Below, piece by piece: positions 9,052 to 19,646 of a stretch of 64,000 nucleotides of DNA (positions are counted from its first letter, which is position 1; the number at the start of each line of letters is the position of its first letter). Below the pieces are notes generated by a model that had not been told where the DNA came from, ran no database searches, and saw nothing but the letters and a program-made list of their open reading frames with translations. Both the position numbers and the translations under genes were made by a program. Source of the DNA: a virus; the IMG/VR virus record IMGVR_UViG_3300047554_000329, positions 1 through 64,000 of that record; one strand, 5' to 3'.

Positions 9052-9573
9052 TTACTCGCCACTCCCTCTCACTACAATCCAGATTAGGGCTTGCATTGCT
9101 CTAGGGGTCATGCCGTGTTTGGTAGCCACAGCGGTTACAGCGTCTGCCATTTCCTTATACTGAGACTGAGTAGGTGTCTTTTTCTCAATGCCCAATGCTC
9201 GCAACATCCAAACATCAATCACGACTGCGTTCTCGTTACCAGCAATAGCCTTAGCAAAGTTGTTAGTCTTTAGACCTTTGAGAGCGTCGAATCCTAGTGT
9301 TAGGGCTTTTTCTGCCATACGGATGTTGTTACCCAACACTCCCTTTAGTTCGTGACCAAGTGAAAACTTCACTGCATTACTAACATTACGAGACCAACGC
9401 TCACGAGGGCTAAAAGCAGATACAACAGTTGCTCCAATCTCAAGGGTAGTGTTTAGGTTAGTTGCTACTTCACGAGCAACGGTCTCAGCGTCTAGATACC
9501 ACTTAGTGGCTTGCTCAACCTGACCAAAGGTTGCTTTCTTAGCGATGTTTGAGTAAATGTCAATGTAGTTCAT
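9052..9573 (-). CDS. Conserved phage protein, possibly DNA-glycosylase (HhH)-like fold
   Basis: WY...SAFSPRERWSRNV...GLKTNNF...VVIDVWMLR...MQALIW pattern; start MNYIDIY after GAAAGG. Confidence 0.6.
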   Translation of the reverse strand: MNYIDIYSNIAKKATFGQVEQATKWYLDAETVAREVATNLNTTLEIGATVVSAFSPRERWSRNVSNAVKFSLGHELKGVLGNNIRMAEKALTLGFDALKGLKTNNFAKAIAGNENAVVIDVWMLRALGIEKKTPTQSQYKEMADAVTAVATKHGMTPRAMQALIWIVVRGSGE

Positions 9574-9801
9574 TGGATTCCTTTCGTTGATAAGATTAGT
9601 ATACATTGGGGGTGGGACATTTATTATCGTAACGTAAAAGAGCTTTTCCCAGGCTGCCCGACCCCCAGCACACCCTAGAAGGGTGGCTGAAGTTCCTCGT
9701 TCTCTCTCCAAAGTTTAGTAACTAGCCTAACAAGGATGATGTTCACTGCCGTAAGAAAAACCACGCCAGCAAGACAAACCCAAATAAGAAAACTAAGCCA
9801 T

Positions 9802-9981
9802 TCATTCATCTCTGCCTCCCCAGCAAGCGTCTACAAACTTTTCGGTAATAAAGCGTTCGTTGTCCTCACGAAACATCTGAGCAAAATCTTCAACCAAGTT
9901 GTCGAAAGTTGTTGCCTCAAAATAGTCAAGGTAGGAGTTTAGGATTGCTGCGGTAGACACATAGTCTTTGCGTGTCATCAT
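9802..9981 (-). CDS. Small conserved phage protein (MTRKDY...DNERF...F..AC)
   Basis: ORF track, trimmed start. Confidence 0.7.
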   Translation of the reverse strand: MMTRKDYVSTAAILNSYLDYFEATTFDNLVEDFAQMFREDNERFITEKFVDACWGGRDE

Positions 9982-10495
9982 TAGTTTTGCTCTCTTTCTG
10001 ATACTTCGATTAGTTTTAGTCTGTCTTTGTCTGATAGCATAGCCCAAGCATAGCCAAAAGCATAAGCGTAGGCTTCCGAGTTGCTAAAGCCTCTGGTGGT
10101 CATTATGTTTTTGATTACTTCGCTGGTTCTGAAGATTAGTTTTTCTTCCATTAGTTTTACCTTTCGTTGTGATTACAGTTTACCAAGACCCACAGACATT
10201 TATTCTGTAGGCTCTTGCCACTCAACGCCATTTACCCAAAAGCGAGCAATACGACCTTTGTAGTATTGGTCTGATAGGTATGGCGTTTGGTCTACATCTA
10301 GAGGACCTTCAATCTCAAAGGTAACTCCATTGTCCATTTCGATTACATAGATGTTCATTGTGTCTCGCATAGTCTTCCTTTCGTGTAGTTACATTTTAGC
10401 AGTAGCCTCAGACATTTATTCTGGGGAAAAATCTGGGACATTTTTAATGGGCTACGTAAACGAGCTTGCGAGGTCGCCCGACCGCCCTGGCTGCC

Positions 10496-10657
10496 TCAGT
10501 CGAAGCAGTTGGGAGCGTCTAGGAACTCGGCATAAGCCTCTTGCAAGGCTTGCTGGCGTTCAGCCCTGTCTTGGGCTGCCAACTCCTCTGGGGAGTATTC
10601 CTCCTCCTCAAAGAAGTAGTCCTCCGAGATGTCGCCCCAGCCGTAGTCGTCTTCCAT
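10496..10657 (-). CDS. Very acidic 53-aa protein
   Basis: MEDDYGWGDISEDYFFEEEEY...; GAAAGG RBS, own promoter. Confidence 0.7.
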   Translation of the reverse strand: MEDDYGWGDISEDYFFEEEEYSPEELAAQDRAERQQALQEAYAEFLDAPNCFD

Positions 10658-10918
10658 AAGTTTTCCTTTCGTTGATAATGCAAGTGTAACAAGACCCACA
10701 GACATTTTGGGGAAAAATCTTAAATCTATTTAATAACGTTTTGGTAACGATGGGGGTCGGGCTCGCAGCTGCTAGGCAGGGCGAACGCAGAGGTTACAGA
10801 CAAACATACTCTTGGCAACTAGCCTAACGAGGTAGGCATCAGCAGGGCGATTGCACAACTCGCAGAGGTGTTGCTTACGCTCTTCGGCGGTTAGTTTGAT
10901 GGCTGGCATAGGGTCTCC

Positions 10919-11164
10919 TTAGTTAGCGTGTGGGTAGTTTGGTGATAGGTCAAGGGTGTTGTAGGTTGCTTCATTCTTGTTCAGCAGGGTCAGGCGATAG
11001 ACGATGCCAGAGTCAGAGAAACGGCGAGCAACCTCAAAGTGTTCACACAAGCCAAAGTTTTTGATGTTCTTGCCGTCTGCGTAGGCTTGGGCAAAGGTGG
11101 GGTAGGTCTGGATGCTCTGGCTCACAAAGAGCAGGTTTGGGCTAAGGGTCAAGGGGAACTCCAA
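10919..11164 (-). CDS. Hypothetical protein
   Basis: ORF track, promoter at about 11184. Confidence 0.55.
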   Translation of the reverse strand: MEFPLTLSPNLLFVSQSIQTYPTFAQAYADGKNIKNFGLCEHFEVARRFSDSGIVYRLTLLNKNEATYNTLDLSPNYPHAN

Positions 11165-11288
11165 TCAATCAACTTACGAAGTAAGTCTAACAGCCACCTC
11201 AGACATTTATTATTATTTTGGGAAACATTTCGGGACATTTTTAATGCGTTACGTAAACCGTTATCATTTCGTTATGAAGCCCGACCCC

Positions 11289-11318
11289 TGTGGATAACTT
11301 TCGCTACCCTGTGGATAA
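11289..11318 (-). promoter_or_regulatory. Two perfect DnaA boxes 21 bp apart
   Basis: TGTGGATAA at 11289 and 11310, directly after GCCCGACCC. Confidence 0.8.
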
Positions 11319-11683
11319 CTATCGTGTCTTAGTGATTAGCAAGTTGAGGTAAGCCTGTCGAATCGCTTCAGGCAGTTGCTTATAGGTTTCGCTTTCGGCA
11401 AGGGTAGTTGCTCCCTTGTGCCAGATAATAGGGTGTAGTTCATCCATAAAAGCTTTTTCGCTTTTGGTCATTCTTGGCTTTGGCATTAGATAGCCTCCTC
11501 AGTAGCGTTGGCGTAGATAGAAGCGATAGAGGCAATAGCCTCCTCATACTCTTCCCAAGTATCAAACTTTAGAACAATCATTAGTTTACCTTTCGTTAGT
11601 TACAGAATACCATTAGGGTCAGACATTTATTTGCTAGGCTCACCTTGCGGATTATTTGCTAGGCTCTTGCGTGACCCTAAAAC

Positions 11684-11827
11684 TTACTTGTTTAGTTTGT
11701 CAAACTGAAACTGAAGCCAGTGAACCTCGTCATAGTCTTCAGGCGTGTCAATGCCTAGGGCGATTAGTTTGCCTAGGTTTTCAATGGCTAGGTCTAGGGC
11801 TAGTTTTGCGTCAAGTGCTTTCTTCAT
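11684..11827 (-). CDS. 47-aa hypothetical protein
   Basis: MKKALDAKLALDLAIENLGKLIALGIDTPEDYDEVHWLQFQFDKLNK*; GAAGGA RBS, own promoter. Confidence 0.6.
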   Translation of the reverse strand: MKKALDAKLALDLAIENLGKLIALGIDTPEDYDEVHWLQFQFDKLNK

Positions 11828-11945
11828 TTATTCCTTCTTTCTATCTACCTATAAGGTATCACGAACCACGGACATTTATTATTGTTTTGATAGGCTTTTA
11901 GCCCTATTGTTACGCATTGTTACCAAAATGTTACCAAACTTGGGG

Positions 11946-11991
11946 AACTAGATGTAGTGGTCTTAAGGTAAATGGCTACTAGATGTTGTGG
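11946..11991. promoter_or_regulatory. Tandem NrdR boxes
   Basis: ACTAGATGTAGTG (11947) and ACTAGATGTTGTG (11978), 31 bp apart; fit the CwAnATnTwGTG NrdR consensus. Confidence 0.75.
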
Positions 11992-12221
11992 AGCCCGACC
12001 CACGCTGTCGGGCGTGTCGCCAGGGTAGAGCTAGAACGGTGGCTTATTCCGTTCCAACTCCTCCTCTAGTGACTTGATAACCATTGACTTGTACCAAGCA
12101 TAGGTAGCCCAGCCCATTGACAGGAATAGAATCCAAGAAAGTGTAGGTGACATTTTTTCCTTTACTGATTGACTAGAACGAATAGAGCGATTAGAAGAAG
12201 ACTACCAATGACCACAGACAT

Positions 12222-12380
12222 TTAGATTGTTCCCCCTAGTTTCTCAATGTGACGAACAAGAGCAAGCATAAAATCTAGTTCTGCCATAGACAAGTAGTCT
12301 AGGTTTTCGGCTTCACGAACGAGCGAGTTTAGTTTTAGTTTTGCTTGCTTCAGGGTCAAGTCTGCTAGTGCTGTTTCCAT
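12222..12380 (-). CDS. Small helical hypothetical protein
   Basis: ORF track; start METALAD after GAAAGG. Confidence 0.65.
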   Translation of the reverse strand: METALADLTLKQAKLKLNSLVREAENLDYLSMAELDFMLALVRHIEKLGGTI

Positions 12381-12631
12381 TTTGTTACCTTTCGATTGGT
12401 TTGAGTTTAGCATAGGGGACGGACATTTTACTTTAGGATTTCCCAAGACTGCAGAAAGCCTTGAGCAAAAAGTTTCTTTGCCCAACGCAAGTTAGCAGGA
12501 GTATTAGGAATGATAGCGGAGCGACCCTCTGGGGTGATGATTTCGATTTGCATACCTGCAGTCTATCAGACAGGTCAGACATTTTGGGAAAATATTTGGG
12601 ACTTTTTTAATTCGTTACGTAACTGTTATAT

Positions 12632-12647
12632 TCGAAATTCTGTTCGA
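12632..12647. promoter_or_regulatory. Actinobacterial LexA SOS box (1 mismatch)
   Basis: TCGAAA-TTCT-GTTCGA vs TCGAAC-N4-GTTCGA; 1 nt before GCCCGACCC. Confidence 0.7.
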
Positions 12648-12707
12648 AGCCCGACCCCAAAAAGCTGCAAATGTCAAGTCCGACACGCCACTATTTTAGA
12701 CAAAAGA

Positions 12708-12737
12708 AAAACCCCAAGGTAGCGAACCAAGGGGTTT
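12708..12737. terminator. Bidirectional intrinsic terminator
   Basis: AAACCCC...GGGGTTT stem flanked by A and T runs. Confidence 0.7.
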
Positions 12738-13249
12738 CTTTTTGAAAGAATAGAGAACAAGTTTCCGAATTGCAGTCACGGAACCTATCTAGCGAATTGC
12801 TCAAAGTCAATCATTGCTCAGAGGATACATTTCATTCTGACTAGTATCTCATCCACGGCTAACCATAGTTTGTTGTTTAACATTTCTTTTTGTTTCTCTA
12901 TTTAATTTTCAATACTTTTAGTATAGCATCTTGGACTGACATCTGTCAAATCCGACACGCCGATTAGCGGATGAAGATTGCTTCTACGCTGTAGAAGTCA
13001 TCTCCTTCATAGCCACGGAAGATTGCTTCCGCTTGCTTGAAATCAACTACTAGAGATTCAACAATCTCCTTAGTCTCTTTTACCATTACATTCACTTGAT
13101 ATTTCATCATTTGATTTTTCCTATCTCTTAGATTCTTACTTATTTACTTTTTCTTTATACCCTTATTATAGGCATAAGCTCAGACAAAAGTCAAATCGAC
13201 ACGCCGTATTTTGGGGAAATTTTTTATAGCGTTATAAAAAACGTTATAT

Positions 13250-13265
13250 TCGAACAGATTTTCGA
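13250..13265. promoter_or_regulatory. Actinobacterial LexA SOS box (1 mismatch)
   Basis: TCGAAC-AGAT-TTTCGA; 1 nt before GCCCGACCC. Confidence 0.7.
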
Positions 13266-14122
13266 AGCCCGACCCACGCTGTCGGGCGTGTCGCCCTGGT
13301 AGCCCTATGGGATTAGACCTGCTGCCCATAGCAATAGGCTAACACTGCCTAGCACTAGCACACTGGCGAGGGTAACCATTATGACAATGGTCAAGTCATC
13401 TACTAGGTTACGCATTAGTTACACCATAGGCAGTTGATGTCGTCACAAGGGTTTTCTTCTGAGTAGTCTTCGTTTTCGTTCATTTGGTTTCTCCTTCTTG
13501 ATTACAGTTTACTTGATAGGTCAGACATTTATCGGTTGCGAACAAGGTCACGAACCTTGTCGATAAACCAACCTAGGGCTGGAGCGATAAGCACAAAGCC
13601 TAAGCCTAGGGCTACTACTGTTAGGATTGCTGTTACTACTGACATTTTCTTTTCCTTTGCTTCCTTGTAGTTACAGTCTATACCACTGGGCAGACATTTT
13701 GGGGGATTTTAACGTATATCTTATGTAACAATTTGGTAACGAAGCCCGACCCCAAAATCCTGGATTTGTCAAGTCCAAGCTTGGGCGTGTCGCAGGGTAT
13801 CTAGTGAGTGTCTAGCCAGTGCATTACAAAAGCAACAGCACCAACACCTAGAGCAGTCACGCCTAAGATTATCCAGACAAATAGTTGAAACATTTCCCAG
13901 TTCATTAGTTACCTACCTTTTCGTTGATACGGATAGCAGAACCTGCCTTGATTACGCCTACTAGAGCAGTAGCCTTCTTCATTGCTTGCTCACCATAGTA
14001 AGCAGACACTACTACCTTGAACGCTTCACCGTTCATTAGGTAACCGCCTACTTGCCATTCAGTCATTCTGTTCATTAGTTTACCTTTCTTGTTGTTATTA
14101 GTTTAGCAGATACCACAGACAT

Positions 14123-14293
14123 TTAGTCACAAAAGTAGCAACCGAATGAGTCATCGACAATAGCACCACACTGGTCACAGTCAGGGTATCGCTCTGGAGT
14201 CATTGCATCAGCGAGGGCTATGTTATCACGCTCAATCTTGTCAGCGTTCAACTGTGCTACTAGGTTTGCTACATACTCTAGGTCTACTGTCAT
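14123..14293 (-). CDS. Small protein with C-terminal zinc ribbon
   Basis: CDQC...CYFC; start MTVDLEY. Confidence 0.7.
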   Translation of the reverse strand: MTVDLEYVANLVAQLNADKIERDNIALADAMTPERYPDCDQCGAIVDDSFGCYFCD

Positions 14294-14475
14294 TTTTCTG
14301 TCCTTTGCTTCCTTGTGATTACAGTCTATACCATAGCACAGACATTTATTACCAAACACGCCAAATAAATGTAACAATTTCGGGGAAAAATCGTTATAGT
14401 TCTTAGCTTGACAAATCTCAAAATTTGGGTCGGGCATTTTTTTGTGGGAATGTCAAGCGACACGCCCAAACAAAG

Positions 14476-14640
14476 TTAGTTTTTGTGAGTAACTACTTTG
14501 TTGAAAGTGTAGTTTGCATAACCACTCTTTGACTTTACAGCAACACTCGTTACTGTAGGTTCACACTTGCAAGTTCCGTTTAGAGTGTGACCACTCATTA
14601 GGTCTACTACTGAACCGTTTTCGATTTTGTTTACTAGCAT
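14476..14640 (-). CDS. Small hypothetical protein
   Basis: ORF track; start MLVNKIE; first gene downstream of the promoter at about 14706. Confidence 0.6.
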   Translation of the reverse strand: MLVNKIENGSVVDLMSGHTLNGTCKCEPTVTSVAVKSKSGYANYTFNKVVTHKN

Positions 14641-14996
14641 TTTATTTCTCATTTCTCTTAGATTCTTACTTTTTATTTTCACTATTAACTTTTCTTCTTG
14701 CTATTAGTATACAGACCCCCACGGACATTATGCAAGTTTTAGCTGTAACATTAGGTAACATTTCTATAACGGATGGGTGCATAGTGTGCTCACTAAAAAA
14801 GAGGGGTGCCGTATAGGATACGTGTATCATTCATCTTTACAAAATATTCAGATTTTTGCCAATTTGAAAATTTTTTCAGATTTTCAGATTTTGGGGGTAT
14901 CAGATGTGTACTTCTGCTCCATACCACATAGCAATAGCTGCATATAGACAAATAAAGCCTATGCCTGATACGATAAGTGCAAAGACTTCAGCCCAA

Positions 14997-15227
14997 TCAA
15001 TTTTCTTTTTCATTCATTCTCTCTTTCGCATATGCGTGGCGGTATGTTTTATGAAAAGCTTTAGCATATATATGCATTTCTACAATATCTGGAAACACAC
15101 CTAGGTCTTTCTTGATAGCAGCTAAACATTTTTCGTGGATATAATCCTTTGAAAGTTCGTTGTAATAACGTCTATATTGTTTAAATTTTCGAAGGTACAT
15201 AAAAGCGAAGCTTTCTTGATTCACCAA
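14997..15227 (-). CDS. Hypothetical protein
   Basis: ORF track. Confidence 0.55.
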   Translation of the reverse strand: MVNQESFAFMYLRKFKQYRRYYNELSKDYIHEKCLAAIKKDLGVFPDIVEMHIYAKAFHKTYRHAYAKERMNEKEN

Positions 15228-15427
15228 TGTCCTTCAGGACACTTAGCTTGAACAAGGGTAGTCTTAAGTCTCATAAAACAACCACATTTGCGACATCTTT
15301 GTAAATTTTTGGCAAACCAGGGACACGTGTTACAAATTGCTAGACGAGCTTCTACTTGTTCTCTGTCTGCTTTTTGCTGGTTATGGTCAAAAAGGTCTAA
15401 AAATTCGACATCGCCGTTATCTTTCAT
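15221..15427 (-). CDS. Cys-rich zinc-binding protein (DUF6171-like)
   Basis: RLAICNTCP...CRKCGCFM..KT....CPEGHW. Confidence 0.7.
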   Translation of the reverse strand: MKDNGDVEFLDLFDHNQQKADREQVEARLAICNTCPWFAKNLQRCRKCGCFMRLKTTLVQAKCPEGHW

Positions 15428-15568
15428 AAGATATATTATAACACATATGGGGCTGTTAAGCCCTGGTGGTGTTTGGTTTACTCTATTTTCACGCCGAAAA
15501 ACTTACGCCGAGCTTTTTACCGCCGTATTTATATTCAGAAAACTAAATAATCATATATAATTGAGAGT

Positions 15569-15841
15569 ATGACAATGTTAGAATCAGTGCTTGCTATTAC
15601 TATTAGTATTTCAACAATCATAACGACTATTGGTTTAGGAGTTAAATGGTTAGTCAAACACTACTTCGAAGAAATCAAGAAAGAAATCAAACCTAATAGT
15701 GGTTCTTCTATGAAAGACCAAGTAACTAGATTAGAATCAAGAACTGAAGCTGTAGAAGAAAAAATAGACAAACTATATGATTTGTTAATTACGCAAGGTG
15801 TAAGAACAGTTTCATCAAGAACTAAAAAATCCGACGATTGA
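15569..15841 (+). CDS. Membrane protein, DUF2746-like (holin/lysis accessory candidate)
   Basis: N-terminal TM helix followed by PNSGSSMKDQVTRLE and coiled coil; ATG 7 nt after TATAAT. Confidence 0.65.
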   Translation: MTMLESVLAITISISTIITTIGLGVKWLVKHYFEEIKKEIKPNSGSSMKDQVTRLESRTEAVEEKIDKLYDLLITQGVRTVSSRTKKSDD

Positions 15842-16014
15842 TTATTATTATATATTTAATATATATCTTATAGTTTAATATATTTATATATTATATATAT
15901 CATCTATCTATCTATTAATATATATAGTACCACACGCCGAACGTTTGTCAAGCCCTTTTTTGCATATTTTATGATAACTTTTAGATAACGATTTTATTCA
16001 CAGAGTTATCCACA
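15841..16014. other. AT-rich tract next to DnaA boxes; origin- or terminus-like region
   Basis: About 85 nt almost pure A/T (15841-15926), then TTATTCACA (15994) and TTATCCACA (16006). Confidence 0.45.
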
Positions 16015-16034
16015 GGTTGTGATATAATATATTT

Positions 16035-16090
16035 GCTAGTATCTTTGGTGTCTCTCTCACATACCCACCGCCGAGGATACTAGCTTTTTC
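16035..16090 (+). ncRNA. Candidate stand-alone hairpin sRNA
   Basis: TATAAT at 16025; 16-bp stem with G-U pairs on + strand, C/U-rich loop, U-run. Confidence 0.5.
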
Positions 16091-16120
16091 TTTGATTATA
16101 TGGTGTATAATGATATTACT

Positions 16121-19623
<3,503 letters not shown>

Positions 19624-19646
19624 TAGTATTTGAACATAGGAGAGAT

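Larger units (their letters stand above)
3625..14435. repeat. Dispersed 9-mer GCCCGACCC anchoring intergenic modules
   Basis: Forward at 4390, 5662, 6539, 7610, 8107, 9030, 9656, 10476 (GCCCGACCG), 11279, 11993, 12649, 13267, 13744; reverse at 3625, 10754, 14427; all intergenic. Confidence 0.9.
1379..14730 (-). promoter_or_regulatory. Dispersed family of about 29 leftward early promoters, consensus AAATGTCYG-N10-TANNNT
   Basis: -10 boxes (read on minus strand) near 1379, 3523, 4319, 5571, 6219, 6467, 7153, 7425, 7530, 8030, 8628, 8957, 9598, 10177, 10393, 10683, 11184, 11604, 11853, 12199, 12404, 12560, 12920, 13165, 13506, 13675, 14100, 14323, 14706, each exactly 10 nt from TGTC(T/C/G/A)(G/C). 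Confidence 0.9.

Noticed and set aside
900-14730. CRISPR array or integron cassette array
   Set aside because: Repeats are short, irregularly spaced and flank promoter-bearing genes; no constant repeat-spacer period, no attC-like long imperfect palindromes, no cas or integrase gene in the window.
14864-14879. Zur/Fur-like box TTGAAAATTTTTTCA
   Set aside because: One base short of the TGAAAATnATTTTCA spacing; single AT-rich instance.
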